In this document: positions 35,714-46,244 of the stretch, in pieces | Layout of the letters: every line of letters starts with the position of its first letter | How positions within the stretch are numbered: position 1 is the stretch's first letter | Source of the DNA: a virus | Length of the DNA: 64,000 bases | IMG/VR virus record: IMGVR_UViG_3300037312_000927 | Strand: one strand, 5' to 3' | The notes under the pieces: model-generated | What the model was told of the DNA's origin: nothing | Database searches by the model: none | Seen by the model: only the letters and a program-made list of their open reading frames with translations | Translations under genes and position numbers: made by a program

Positions 35714-37204
35714 CTATTTCTGAGTAATCACTCTAGCCATGTCAGCCTGTGCCAGTTTATAGGACACCTTTAGATCTGAGGCAGATTTAACTAAATGTAT
35801 TTTAGCATCATAAGTACGAGTTGGCTCTACCTGTTTCATTTTTTGTTCAAGTGCACGGGTAATATACCATTTAGCAGCCAGAGCTGAAGCACCTATAGCC
35901 ATAATGATTTGAAGAGTTTTATATAAACCTTGCTTACCTGTCTCTTCAGGAAGATTTTTTTCACGGAATAACTCATAAGCCGTAGGTTCAATCTTAGGGC
36001 CGTTCCCTACATACCCGACATTAGTTGCTTCCATGTATGCCCTCTTCTCTACGTACTCTGGAAGAAGACTACTAGTAGACACATAGGGCATTAAAAGATG
36101 AGCGATGGTATGAGAGGAATCCCCTTCTACAGCTTCATCACTAGGCAATTCTAAATGGCCAGCACCTACATGGGATACTGTATTTGCAGCGAGAACACCA
36201 ATTCCTCTAGCCATTTCACCTAAGGTTTTTCTACCTATGAGTTCTGCCAGGAAGGTAATACTGGGACTGATGCCTAGATCCGCAAGAGTATTGTAAATTT
36301 CCGTCAGCTTAAAGTTAACCAAAATATCAATCAACTTGTGATCAGGATCACTTACTTTGGCCAGTAAAGGTTCCAAGGAATTAGAAACATCGAGTACAAC
36401 GCCGCCTTCAATCTCCTTAATGAATTCAGATAGCTTTTGAATAGCCGCTTCTTTAACTACGCCTTCTTCCAGTAATCCTTCAGCAGCAGCACTATCAGCA
36501 GAACCTATGATAGGGTCTACGGAAAATCCTTGTTGAGATGCTACTTTTTGAAGTACAGAACTTGTAACGTCTGCGGGACGAACCACGATAGACATATCGA
36601 AGAACTTTAAGGGAGCAATGTTGAGAGCTGCTACTTTACGCCCATCAGGGTAAACCTTTCCCAGCTCATTGTTTAAGTGGCTACAATACTCTTGACGAGT
36701 ATGCGCTTCGTTACCACAAATAGAACAGACGTCATATGGGGTTTTACAAGCCATCGAAGTTGCAGGAAAATCTCCACGTTCGATACGTTCTACAACGTCT
36801 GGGGCTTTGTCTTTCTCGATATAAGCAACCACCTCTACACGATGCATACGGTGATTATAAATCGAGAAGATGACTTTGCCAATAGCAATGGCCGGATCCT
36901 TATTTACGTGGTTGCGGAAAATATGAGCCGGGCTAGTTTCAAAGGTTTTATGGCACTCGATAAGGTTAGATTCGGGGAAATAGTCTGCGTTCCTATTGGC
37001 ACCGTAGTATTCCCCGGCACCCATTGCCAGTATGTGTACGAAGATCTTGTCAGGCTCTGGAGTAATCTTTGAGATGAACTCTTGGACTCTGGAATCCGCC
37101 GCCTGCTTAACTAGACCCTTAGTATTTCCAATATCCAAAATTGAGATTGTAGCCTCGTCCGGGCTAAAAAAAGAACTAGAGTCCACTAATTTTATCAGTG
37201 ACAT
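35714..37204 (-). CDS. probable prohead (maturation) protease
   Basis: HIFRNH, SMACKTPYDVCSICGN, FFDMSIVVRPAD resemble phage prohead-protease cores with Zn insert; position in head module. Confidence 0.6.
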   Translation of the reverse strand: MSLIKLVDSSSFFSPDEATISILDIGNTKGLVKQAADSRVQEFISKITPEPDKIFVHILAMGAGEYYGANRNADYFPESNLIECHKTFETSPAHIFRNHVNKDPAIAIGKVIFSIYNHRMHRVEVVAYIEKDKAPDVVERIERGDFPATSMACKTPYDVCSICGNEAHTRQEYCSHLNNELGKVYPDGRKVAALNIAPLKFFDMSIVVRPADVTSSVLQKVASQQGFSVDPIIGSADSAAAEGLLEEGVVKEAAIQKLSEFIKEIEGGVVLDVSNSLEPLLAKVSDPDHKLIDILVNFKLTEIYNTLADLGISPSITFLAELIGRKTLGEMARGIGVLAANTVSHVGAGHLELPSDEAVEGDSSHTIAHLLMPYVSTSSLLPEYVEKRAYMEATNVGYVGNGPKIEPTAYELFREKNLPEETGKQGLYKTLQIIMAIGASALAAKWYITRALEQKMKQVEPTRTYDAKIHLVKSASDLKVSYKLAQADMARVITQK

Positions 37205-37207
37205 TAT

Positions 37208-37684
37208 TTATCCTAAATCATTTGCAGGGATAACTGCGGCATTTCTAAGGTTTCTATTGATGGATTGCAATGTTTTAAGGCTACGTTCTTCCAATGATGA
37301 ATGATGTTTCTTAAGTACTCTGTCATCATAAACGTTTTTAAGTTTACCAGCACCAATCAGCATACCTCCACCGATACCTAGCTGTGTAAGAGGCTCTGCT
37401 TCTTTAACATTTTTAAGTAGACGTGTGCCCCAGGATTTAACTGAGGACATACTTGCTATCTTTTCTAAATAAACATTACTCGCCAATTTGGATATCCCTC
37501 CCCCACTACCTACACCGGTGTTACCCTGGCCGTTATCTTTATCTTCAGTTTGGTTGTACTGATACTGACTATTAAGATTACCGGTTACGTATCTATTATC
37601 AGGGATTTCTGTAGCGTAGGCCCCCTGAGGAGACCTACTATCAGCGGCCCTGATCTTTGTAAATATATCTTCTTTTTTAATCAT
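37208..37684 (-). CDS. virion protein with internal NVYLEKIA motif
   Basis: SKLASNVYLEKIAS; TAGAATA-N5-ATG start. Confidence 0.65.
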   Translation of the reverse strand: MIKKEDIFTKIRAADSRSPQGAYATEIPDNRYVTGNLNSQYQYNQTEDKDNGQGNTGVGSGGGISKLASNVYLEKIASMSSVKSWGTRLLKNVKEAEPLTQLGIGGGMLIGAGKLKNVYDDRVLKKHHSSLEERSLKTLQSINRNLRNAAVIPANDLG

Positions 37685-37698
37685 GCCGCTATTCTACC

Positions 37699-38268
37699 TT
37701 AGGTGTACGACTTCGGGTTAAACGTAGTATTACCAGAGTAACGGGCTTCGATGTCCGTCAGCATCTTGATGGTGTCAGGATAGATACCCTCGCCGTGGAT
37801 AGCGTTAGCAAGAACCGAACTCAGGATGTTAGCATCGGTAGCGATGTTAGGAGCGAATTTGAAAATCGTTTCAGCGTAACGGAGAACTTTTTCCCTGTCT
37901 TCTTGAGCCAGGATACGATTGGTTTTGTATGCTTGTTCCAAGGCTTGCAGGAATTTGCTATGCAGAGCCATGTTCTTAGCGACGTTGAACATCGAACCGG
38001 CAGCGGTAGCACCCAGACCCACAGCCAGGCTACCCAGGCCTTGACCCATGGAGTTACCAACGCCACGGGCAATGGTATGGCCCATGGTTTCCGGTGGGCG
38101 TACATTACCTTGTGTAGTGCCCGCACTAGTATGGGCGTTCAAGAATGATTTCAGGACATCATTTGCAGAGGCTTCTTTCATGAACCCGTCAATGAAAGCT
38201 TCGCAAGCTTCTTGATCACCTGCAAACTTCTCCATGGCGTATTCTACGATTTTTTCGTTGTAATTCAT
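37699..38268 (-). CDS. probable internal virion protein
   Basis: MEKFA, MKEA; Gly-rich hydrophobic segment. Confidence 0.65.
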   Translation of the reverse strand: MNYNEKIVEYAMEKFAGDQEACEAFIDGFMKEASANDVLKSFLNAHTSAGTTQGNVRPPETMGHTIARGVGNSMGQGLGSLAVGLGATAAGSMFNVAKNMALHSKFLQALEQAYKTNRILAQEDREKVLRYAETIFKFAPNIATDANILSSVLANAIHGEGIYPDTIKMLTDIEARYSGNTTFNPKSYT

Positions 38269-38283
38269 TGTTATTTTCCTAAA

Positions 38284-39366
38284 TTAAATATTGGGTTCAC
38301 GTTGAAGTGAAGTCCACACATCTTTACTCCTGCCGGTCGTCTTATCTACGCCAGGACTGTACATAACTGCATCTCCTGCTACGGCAGCTGCACCCATTGC
38401 GGCGGTGCCTAAAGTTAGGCTACGGGCCGGGAGCTTTGCTGGGATAGGTTTAGGGGCCTCTCCTGCCATGTTTCTGAAAACGTTACCCATCTGGGTAGTT
38501 TTTCTCTGTGCAAAGTTAGTAGCGTTATTCACAGTAGGAGCGCCGATTTTACCTACAGCTTTGGCAGCCATAGCAGCAGTGCTACCAATAACTCGTCCGA
38601 TGCCGGATCCAATTGCACCGATGAATGCTTCTTTCAGAAGTTCAGCCTTTTTATCAAGGGCTTCACGGGATTTAATTTCCGCTACCAGAGCCTCGGCTTG
38701 TTTCAGCATTCCTACCAGAGTTTTAGCCTCCTTAAGATCAGCTTCCTTGAAAATTCCGTCATCGGTATATTTCTGAGGAACACCATAAACTAATGCTGTC
38801 ACTTTGTCAAATTCAGTGCCGTTAGTTACAGTAGCCAGTTTCTCAAGACCTTGAGAATCCTTACGGAAATCACTAGCTGCTTTTAGCAGTTCAGGTCCGA
38901 GATGCATCTCTCTGTCCTTCAGTTCACCAAGCTCTCTCTTATTTTGAGCAGCCATTTTGATGAAGTAGACTTGTTTCTCTGCGTCGTTAAGTTCTGGTTC
39001 TGAAGAGGTTTCGGAAGCTGCCTTCTCAAGGGCTACTTCTTTACCACGTACGAAACCGAAAATATCAGTTCCAGGAGTTTCAACTGAGGCCGACTTAGTG
39101 ATAGTATCAGGGATCGACAGAGTTTCCATAACCTCTGCGTACTTGCAAAGAGGGAACTCCACCGTTCTGTCATCAGCCAGACTTAGAACTTTCAGGTACG
39201 CAATCGAGTTAGTGGCTTCGACAGCTCTGTGGATTTGTTCCGAGTTTAGATTTAGATCACTAGCGTACTTAGCCAAACCGTCACTTAATGGAACTTTGCC
39301 ATTAAGAAAGTTTTCTACAGTCTTAATGGAAATATCTCTAATTTGATCTGAGGTTATGAATGGCAT
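38284..39366 (-). CDS. probable internal virion protein
   Basis: TKSA, EKAA, IKMA, LKAA, LKEA; GAIGSGIG segment. Confidence 0.65.
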   Translation of the reverse strand: MPFITSDQIRDISIKTVENFLNGKVPLSDGLAKYASDLNLNSEQIHRAVEATNSIAYLKVLSLADDRTVEFPLCKYAEVMETLSIPDTITKSASVETPGTDIFGFVRGKEVALEKAASETSSEPELNDAEKQVYFIKMAAQNKRELGELKDREMHLGPELLKAASDFRKDSQGLEKLATVTNGTEFDKVTALVYGVPQKYTDDGIFKEADLKEAKTLVGMLKQAEALVAEIKSREALDKKAELLKEAFIGAIGSGIGRVIGSTAAMAAKAVGKIGAPTVNNATNFAQRKTTQMGNVFRNMAGEAPKPIPAKLPARSLTLGTAAMGAAAVAGDAVMYSPGVDKTTGRSKDVWTSLQREPNI

Positions 39367-39440
39367 ATTGTCTATTCTTATGTTATAAAAGCGAACTCTA
39401 GATATACTAGGTTCGCTTTGTTTATTTTAACGTCGTGTTA

Positions 39441-40118
39441 TCAGAGGGGGTAATCGTCTTTTAGTTTTGAATGAGCTCGACTTAATGCATGTGCAAGTAA
39501 CGCTCCTCCACCTACTAACATTGCAGCACCTTTGCCAGCCCTGGTCCTGCCTGCGGAATTACCGTAGTAACTTTCTAAGTGGCGTTTCTTAAGAAATGCA
39601 AATGCCCCTTTGCTACCTTTACCCCCTGCTACGAATTGAGGTTTGATATCGTGGGTAGTAGTAGCGGCGGTATCCTTAGATCCGAACGCTCCTGCAACGT
39701 CGTCGTCCCTCTTGAAGCTCTTCCACATTTTATCGCTGACCCGTGCCTTGACCATACCTGGTTGGGTATTTCGTCTAGCAGCTTGGAATCCAGCGAATTG
39801 TCCAGCTACAAATGGGTTTTTAGTAACGTGAATCTTACCCTTACTTCTCTCTGTGAACACTTCCTTGGACGTCTTCGAGGGATGAGCACTACTTGCCCCG
39901 TGCGCCCCTCCACCGTGCTTAGTTTTAAAGCCCTCCTTACGGATAGCCTCGGCATTAGCCTTGCTGGTCCCATGATAGACCGTGTGATATCCCAGGAGTC
40001 TTTGAGGAGCCCCCTTTGCTAACCCGGCACCTACAGCTCCTTCAATGGCCATATTGCCGTATTTGTCGTCGCCTGTAGCGGCGGCGATCTTTTCTAAATA
40101 TTTATTCATCTTTGTCAT
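39441..40118 (-). CDS. NKYLEKIA-tagged protein with ADP-ribosyltransferase-like motifs
   Basis: YHGTSKANAEAIRKEGFK and GKIHVTKNPFVAGQFA match the H-G-T ... G-x-(Y/H)-x-T pattern of ART/PARP-like folds. Confidence 0.55.
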   Translation of the reverse strand: MTKMNKYLEKIAAATGDDKYGNMAIEGAVGAGLAKGAPQRLLGYHTVYHGTSKANAEAIRKEGFKTKHGGGAHGASSAHPSKTSKEVFTERSKGKIHVTKNPFVAGQFAGFQAARRNTQPGMVKARVSDKMWKSFKRDDDVAGAFGSKDTAATTTHDIKPQFVAGGKGSKGAFAFLKKRHLESYYGNSAGRTRAGKGAAMLVGGGALLAHALSRAHSKLKDDYPL

Positions 40119-40842
40119 TCTCAGAAAACATGTCGTCCAAGCTCATGGTACTTAGCGACGGCAACTCATCGGACGCTTCTAAGTTTGTACCCTTGTTCAT
40201 TTTTTCGATATCTTCTTCCAAAGTATCAAGTCCGGTGAATGAAGGGTTAACACTACGAAGTGCGATCTCGATATCGTGTTTTGCTGCAGCAGAGTCCAGA
40301 ATCCACACTTTCAACAGGCGTGCGAGGTCCATAGCAAGTTTGATGTATTTTGTACTCTCTTTACTTGCTTCGGTAGCATTGCCATTGAACATGGCTTCTT
40401 TACTTTTATATATGCAGGTAGTAAACAGATCTTGGAGTCCTTCGACGGGACTGATATCGACCTGATTACCAATACGCCAAGAGATGAAATTAAGGCCCTG
40501 ACTCAAGGACCACATCTTCAAAGTTCTCTCAGCAGGGTCGGAAACATTCATCAGATCCATTTTAGACAAGCGGTCCAGATCTGTGACGTTATAATAGACG
40601 TCCCTATACATGGTAACCACCTCTACCGGAATTTCCAGTAGGGTGGCTATCTTGTCTAGTTCTTTTGATGCCAGAAGAGACGATTCTAGGTATTGTCTCT
40701 TCAGCGTATGGTTGAAGATTTTTTGAGCTTTGGCGAAAATTACTGCCTCTGCACTGTCATCACTGGCTAATATTTTATCGACCAGGTCATCAGCGCCGAG
40801 AGTTTTCTTTCGTATTAAGATGGCTCTGGCGTTTACAGTCAT
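40102..40842 (-). CDS. hypothetical protein (246 aa)
   Basis: Coupled in late operon. Confidence 0.65.
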   Translation of the reverse strand: MTVNARAILIRKKTLGADDLVDKILASDDSAEAVIFAKAQKIFNHTLKRQYLESSLLASKELDKIATLLEIPVEVVTMYRDVYYNVTDLDRLSKMDLMNVSDPAERTLKMWSLSQGLNFISWRIGNQVDISPVEGLQDLFTTCIYKSKEAMFNGNATEASKESTKYIKLAMDLARLLKVWILDSAAAKHDIEIALRSVNPSFTGLDTLEEDIEKMNKGTNLEASDELPSLSTMSLDDMFSENDKDE

Positions 40843-40845
40843 AGG

Positions 40846-42720
40846 TTAGTTCTTCTCGTTAGGTCTCAGTGCTAATAGTTCCTGCAGCTTAACTACGTTG
40901 TCGCCAAGCATGCGATAAACAGATTTCAGGTTTGCCAGGAATCCAAAGACCGAATCGGTGTCGTTGTTTTCACTCAGCTGATTGATATGTACACGGCTCA
41001 GGAATAGAATTCTACCAAGTTTATCAATGCACTCTTCGATATCCGGAATGTATTCCTGGATCAAATCAAACATGTTAGGCGCCTGTAGCAGTTCCGAAAT
41101 AATCGTCGCTTCAGTAACCTGTGCATCGCTAAGAGCTAGACTTTTCTGAACACTAGGAATAAACGATCCGTTAAGTCCTAGTTTTCCTTGAGGCTGAGGT
41201 TTTTCACCGAACTCGGCAATCTGACCAGCTTCAAAACGTTGACCCGCCTGTTTACTAAGGTAGATCGTCGTTACTTTTTTCTCTTTAGCCTGCTTGATAA
41301 AACTTTTAGCCAGAGTAGGATCAATGCTTTCTTCTACAACGAGACGTTGCATTGCCGCTTTTTCTTGACCTAAAATTTCGCCGTTAGCAGAGAATTCTAC
41401 ACCATCGAATGAAAGTTTTAAAGTGTCTCCAAGCAATTCTTTTTGACTGATGCAGTGCTTGATACTGGCAGCATTAGCGGTAACCTCAATATCTGAACTC
41501 AGATTTGCACCCAGTTTAATAACCAGAGATGAATACGGAATATAGATATCACGGCCTTCTTTTTGAGGAGCCATACCGTAGTTACGATATGCGTGAATTT
41601 TAACAACCCCGGCCATAGGGCCAGCAATTACGCTTACGTCCATCTCTACGCCAAGGTGATTCATCATCACTTTACGTGCAGTGAACACTCCTAGTAGTTC
41701 TGCGCTACCGTTGATGATAGCAAAGGTATCATCAATCGTCACATCCCGGGGCAACACTGGAGGGTTATATTCAAAGATAGTATTCAGAACTTCTTTTCTA
41801 GCCAGTTTATCGCCTTTGACGACAAACTTATTTGAAACTGCATAATCACCGCTGGTGAAAATAGCTACTGAACCTGCTGAAGATCCCAGGCTTTGACCGA
41901 TGTCCATCAGCCTAGGGACAAATGCTTCTTTAGTAGATGCATTTTGCATTACCACTTCGTAATCACTATCACCATCAACATCACTGATGGTCGTGAATTT
42001 ACCATCGTTTTGATCTTCTAGGGTAACTGCGACCCTATTAATATCAGGTGCACCTCTGACTGAGTATCCGTTTTCAAGGATGGCTTTGATCTCAACCGGG
42101 GTCAGACCCTCATCCTTAATAGTGATGATTTGTACCGGTGCAAGGTTACCGACGGTCGAGGCCGGGCTCTTTACTGCACGAGATTTCAGAGCTGCAAATA
42201 AGTCCTTGATAGAGAACATCTTATGAAGATTCTCATAGACCGTTTTCTCTTCCGAGATTTTTTCCAGGGTGAAGTCTTTGAGATAATCAGGCATAGATGC
42301 CATGAAATCACCAAGTCTGCTTGTGGAAGCGGAAACGAATTTACCGGTTCTAGGGGGATTAATTAGCTGACTTACATCAGGGTTCAGGTTAGCAGAGGTC
42401 GGGATTTTCTTACCTCTACCTTGGTCCATTTGACTGGAGCTTACGATCGTAGCAATAGTCTTCTTAGTGATGGGGAAGAACTTCTGTCTTGAAGCAAAGA
42501 AGATGCTATCGATTGGATATACGTTATCCATTTTCGATACGACTGGTACATAGAATACCTCCGCTCCCGATTTAAGAATGAATACGCCGACCTTCATATC
42601 GGATTCTTCCTGGAGATCATCAGTGATGTCTTTGAAACTCAGGATCAATCCACCCAGTTCAGGGCTAGTAGCCAGGAACTTTGAAAGTGCGATGTCATTA
42701 AAATCTTGATTTTGGTCCAC
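40846..42720 (-). CDS. large hypothetical virion-module protein (624 aa)
   Basis: GTG start, AAGGA RBS, TAAAATA upstream; IKQA/SKQA sites. Confidence 0.7.
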   Translation of the reverse strand: MDQNQDFNDIALSKFLATSPELGGLILSFKDITDDLQEESDMKVGVFILKSGAEVFYVPVVSKMDNVYPIDSIFFASRQKFFPITKKTIATIVSSSQMDQGRGKKIPTSANLNPDVSQLINPPRTGKFVSASTSRLGDFMASMPDYLKDFTLEKISEEKTVYENLHKMFSIKDLFAALKSRAVKSPASTVGNLAPVQIITIKDEGLTPVEIKAILENGYSVRGAPDINRVAVTLEDQNDGKFTTISDVDGDSDYEVVMQNASTKEAFVPRLMDIGQSLGSSAGSVAIFTSGDYAVSNKFVVKGDKLARKEVLNTIFEYNPPVLPRDVTIDDTFAIINGSAELLGVFTARKVMMNHLGVEMDVSVIAGPMAGVVKIHAYRNYGMAPQKEGRDIYIPYSSLVIKLGANLSSDIEVTANAASIKHCISQKELLGDTLKLSFDGVEFSANGEILGQEKAAMQRLVVEESIDPTLAKSFIKQAKEKKVTTIYLSKQAGQRFEAGQIAEFGEKPQPQGKLGLNGSFIPSVQKSLALSDAQVTEATIISELLQAPNMFDLIQEYIPDIEECIDKLGRILFLSRVHINQLSENNDTDSVFGFLANLKSVYRMLGDNVVKLQELLALRPNEKN

Positions 42721-42791
42721 GTGTTAATTCCTTAAAAATATACTCTATTTTAATGCTTGCAATAATACTTACTATTTTACTGCATATTATA

Positions 42792-43589
42792 TCAGCATCC
42801 TACTGGACCTCTATTATCCCCACTAGCTTTAGTCGTAGTAGGTCCACTTACTAGGTTTCCACTGTTATTTCCGGGCATAGCAGCACCCGGTCCATTCGCT
42901 ACTCTATACGAATCTCCATACAGAATTGAAGTCGCATATGCTTGAGGTGTTGAGTTGAACTTATCCATACCTTTACCGAGGTATAGTCCGAATGTAGCCA
43001 TAGTTCGGTTCGAATAAGGCTTAGCTCCGGTAGGCGGATTGCTGACGTAACCCGGTGCTATTTTATATTTATCTTCAAGGATTATAAGTCCCGCTAATAT
43101 CTGGTTAGTTATATTATCAGGACCTAATACCGTATTAATATCAACACCAGGCTCAACTATCAGATCACCCGCCAAATCTGCCCTCATGCGTAAAAGCTCG
43201 CTAGTCCCGTTAGAGTTGGCCCCTTTTATAAGGTACCAGCCAGTGGCCTGCATGAGTCCAAAGCCTGCTACGGAGTTTCTAAGATTAACACGCTCTTGCT
43301 GAGTAGTAGCAGGATTTCTCATTTTCGCTGCTATACTTGGAAATCCTAGGAATTTCTTCAGTTGGGCCTCTCCGTGTATGCCTGAGTTAGCGTTAGGATT
43401 GAACGCACTTTCTTTATAAATACAAGCCATTACTAACTTTGTTATATCCTGTATTGTACCCAAAGTCGATGAAAAATGTTTTTTTATAAGTTCATCAACT
43501 TCAGATCTAATGGCCTGGGCAGAGGAATAAGACTTTGAAATAGCACTAGGTTTACTATTAGATTTTGCTAGCCCTACAGTGGTTGACAT
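42792..43589 (-). CDS. lytic transglycosylase (SLT-like)
   Basis: CIYKESAFNPNA catalytic Glu; GLMQ; A...Y...Y late motifs. Confidence 0.8.
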   Translation of the reverse strand: MSTTVGLAKSNSKPSAISKSYSSAQAIRSEVDELIKKHFSSTLGTIQDITKLVMACIYKESAFNPNANSGIHGEAQLKKFLGFPSIAAKMRNPATTQQERVNLRNSVAGFGLMQATGWYLIKGANSNGTSELLRMRADLAGDLIVEPGVDINTVLGPDNITNQILAGLIILEDKYKIAPGYVSNPPTGAKPYSNRTMATFGLYLGKGMDKFNSTPQAYATSILYGDSYRVANGPGAAMPGNNSGNLVSGPTTTKASGDNRGPVGC

Positions 43590-45415
43590 TAGTATTTCCC
43601 GTCTGCGCCTTCACCAAACTCTGTGCCCATAATATATGGAGCAATAGGGTCCGTGGAATGAATAGGACTTTCTTCGTGAAAAGATGCGGCTTGAGTAATT
43701 GTATCTTTCAACTTTGCAAAACTTAACTTACTGATCCAATTTTTATCCAGTAACTTAGCAGTCTGTAAACCTGGGACAATAGGAGTAACTCTCAACCTTG
43801 TCGGGCTCACAAAGATCTTAGTGATACCATGATCGGTTAGCTCTTTTACGTGATTAGAGTCTAAGAGCGTGCCCGGGGTCAAATTAAGGATTGGCTTAGC
43901 AAGTATCTTACCTGCACCATCCTCAGTGGAAATTTCACCCTCGGTATGTTGTAGGTATTTTGCAATAGCATTGATCTCTACTTTATCGCCCGGAAGAAAT
44001 GGACTTTCACCCGGATCTGTTACCTGTACATACCGGATCAAATTCTTAGCAATGATCTCAAAGTGACGTGGATCTAAGCCACCGCCGTAAATATTACGAA
44101 GCTCATCTGCCAAATAACGTCTACCTGCACCCATCCCACGAAGAGCTACGAGTTTACGAGGATTAATAACGCCATCGCTCAGTCTATCCCCTTGTAAAAC
44201 ATTGTCGCCTTCTTTGATAACCAGAGGCTGAGAGATGGGTACGAAGTGTTTAATACCATTGACATAGACGTTACTATCACCGAGGCTGGTTGTTTCGATT
44301 TTGTTAACCTTACCGTTCAAGGTAGAAATTGTCGCCTCGTCCTGGAAGTTTTCAGTAGGATTATTCAGAAGATTACTAGCTTGTTGATAGGCGTTACCTC
44401 TACGTTCTCCGACCGTTGCCTTGTGCTTAGTACCAAGCATAGCCTGAGTAAGGACTTCTGACACAGATTGTGCAGCGATAACTCCAACGTTCTCTCCGGT
44501 CTCTGGCATCTTACCATTACCCATCAGTCCATGGCACTTTTTACAGATACCATCTGGCGCTTCACAAGTCATAGAACTACGAACTTTGACTTCTTTTTTG
44601 CCGCTCTGTACAAGTTCATTCAGATAGGCTTCGTCAATGAGTTTATTGGTACGAGCTTCAAATCTACCAAGAACGGCTTTTTTATCGTCTGTTCTCTGGA
44701 TGATACCGTTGCGGGTACCACAGTCATCGATGGTGATAACTTCATGAAAGACGGTAGGAGAAATACGCTTGAATAGGGCTCCAGGAAGGGCTGTGGAGAG
44801 CTGAGACAGCACGGTGCTACCCCTACCCATGTATGACAGCGCAAGAGCCTCAGCGGGGCTCATACCTTCTGCAAACGAGTGTTTGATAACGATAGGGACC
44901 AGATTACCCGACATGTTCGCCGACATCAGTGGAGTAGAGGTTGCAGTACCTAGCTGGGCCGGGTTACCACGGGCGCCAGTTTGAGCCATACGAGCTGCCA
45001 TAGATCCCTTTGGAACAAGGTATTCAAGGTTTTGTTTCTCGATGATTTTGTTGTACTTACCAGTAAGTTCTGCCAAAGCCGAGTTCAGTTGGGTCTTGTT
45101 TTTGATCTTAGACTTGAGATCAGTGACTTTGTAGTCGTATTCCTTAATAATGGCTTGTCTTTCATCACTATCATTGATGTAATCGCTTAGGGGTGTAGAT
45201 GCACCAATCTCATACGCTTTGGTAAAGAACGTCTTTCCAAGATCATTGATAGTTTCGTGGGCTTTATCCCCACCCTTACTCAGCAGCATGTTAACAAGTT
45301 TAGACATACCAGGTTTGTCTAGCACTTGATGAACGTCATATGCTTTTTTCGCTTCTTCAGTAGGCATGGAGTGCTTCAACAGCAGGCTTCCAGCGGTTGT
45401 ATAGTTAGTAGTCAT
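43589..45415 (-). CDS. rpoC: RNA polymerase beta' subunit, C-terminal part
   Basis: DDCGT, VRSSMTC...GICKKCHG Zn site, GVIAAQSVSEVLTQ (bridge/trigger region). Confidence 0.9.
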   Translation of the reverse strand: MTTNYTTAGSLLLKHSMPTEEAKKAYDVHQVLDKPGMSKLVNMLLSKGGDKAHETINDLGKTFFTKAYEIGASTPLSDYINDSDERQAIIKEYDYKVTDLKSKIKNKTQLNSALAELTGKYNKIIEKQNLEYLVPKGSMAARMAQTGARGNPAQLGTATSTPLMSANMSGNLVPIVIKHSFAEGMSPAEALALSYMGRGSTVLSQLSTALPGALFKRISPTVFHEVITIDDCGTRNGIIQRTDDKKAVLGRFEARTNKLIDEAYLNELVQSGKKEVKVRSSMTCEAPDGICKKCHGLMGNGKMPETGENVGVIAAQSVSEVLTQAMLGTKHKATVGERRGNAYQQASNLLNNPTENFQDEATISTLNGKVNKIETTSLGDSNVYVNGIKHFVPISQPLVIKEGDNVLQGDRLSDGVINPRKLVALRGMGAGRRYLADELRNIYGGGLDPRHFEIIAKNLIRYVQVTDPGESPFLPGDKVEINAIAKYLQHTEGEISTEDGAGKILAKPILNLTPGTLLDSNHVKELTDHGITKIFVSPTRLRVTPIVPGLQTAKLLDKNWISKLSFAKLKDTITQAASFHEESPIHSTDPIAPYIMGTEFGEGADGKY

Positions 45416-45467
45416 GGTGTTATTTTAGTTTCACTATATTCGCAGATTTTACACTATGCACATAGTT

Positions 45468-45478
45468 TTTGGTATAAG
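45468..45478 (+). promoter_or_regulatory. early-type promoter motif
   Basis: TTTGGTATAAG divergent from the rpoC late motif. Confidence 0.7.
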
Positions 45479-45574
45479 AATTATGCAGTCAACACATAGT
45501 TAACTGCTTAGAACGCAGTACGAAAGTACGAGCATGTTTATATAAGATTTTAATAACCACCCAGAAGGAAAATT

Positions 45575-46204
45575 ATGAATACCCAAACCAATAACGACGC
45601 CACTAACGACCAACTTCAAGGCCCGATGCAGGCAGGTATCCGTAAGGCCAACGATACTCATCACCCCAAGCGTGTTGTCGGCAGAGAGGTCTCGTTGCTG
45701 AATACATCACGGGCTATCTACGAGTTCCTGGAAAAAGAAACGACCGGCACATTGGTTGCGGAACTTCAAGACGCTTTGGAGCCGTTTGGGTACCATGCTG
45801 CTTCGGTTGCAGCTGCGGTAACAAACATGTATAAGGCCGGCATGTTGACCCGTACCCAGAAATCCCCGTATGCCTACATGTGGAATAAGCAGGCTACGCC
45901 GCCGGATACCTCGATGGTCAACATCGTCGTGGCTCCGACTCGGGCACAGCAGAAGGTCAAGGACCGTGCGATCAGGGCGGCACAGGAGGCTGGAGAGAAT
46001 TCTTTGCCGAAACGTCGTGAGGTTGACAAACAATCGACTGAACAGCTCCTCCAGGGTCTGGCTGAAAGTATGGAGAACGGTGATATCCGTAATCTGGAGC
46101 ATAGTGTCCAGTTGATCAAGAATCATCTTGACAGCATTGTTCGTGGGGTCAAGACGGTGCATGCGGTATCTGCAATGATCCGGGCCAACGGCAAGATCGG
46201 GTAA
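45575..46204 (+). CDS. probable winged-helix DNA-binding protein
   Basis: RAIYEFL...TLVAELQDAL...SVAAAVTNMYKAGMLTR...YAYMW wHTH pattern. Confidence 0.55.
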   Translation: MNTQTNNDATNDQLQGPMQAGIRKANDTHHPKRVVGREVSLLNTSRAIYEFLEKETTGTLVAELQDALEPFGYHAASVAAAVTNMYKAGMLTRTQKSPYAYMWNKQATPPDTSMVNIVVAPTRAQQKVKDRAIRAAQEAGENSLPKRREVDKQSTEQLLQGLAESMENGDIRNLEHSVQLIKNHLDSIVRGVKTVHAVSAMIRANGKIG

Positions 46205-46211
46205 TACCCGG

Positions 46212-46240
46212 AAAACGAGGCATTGAACCTCGTTTTTTAG
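46212..46240 (+). terminator. intrinsic terminator
   Basis: AAAACGAGG/CCTCGTTTT + TTAG. Confidence 0.8.
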
Positions 46241-46244
46241 CCAA

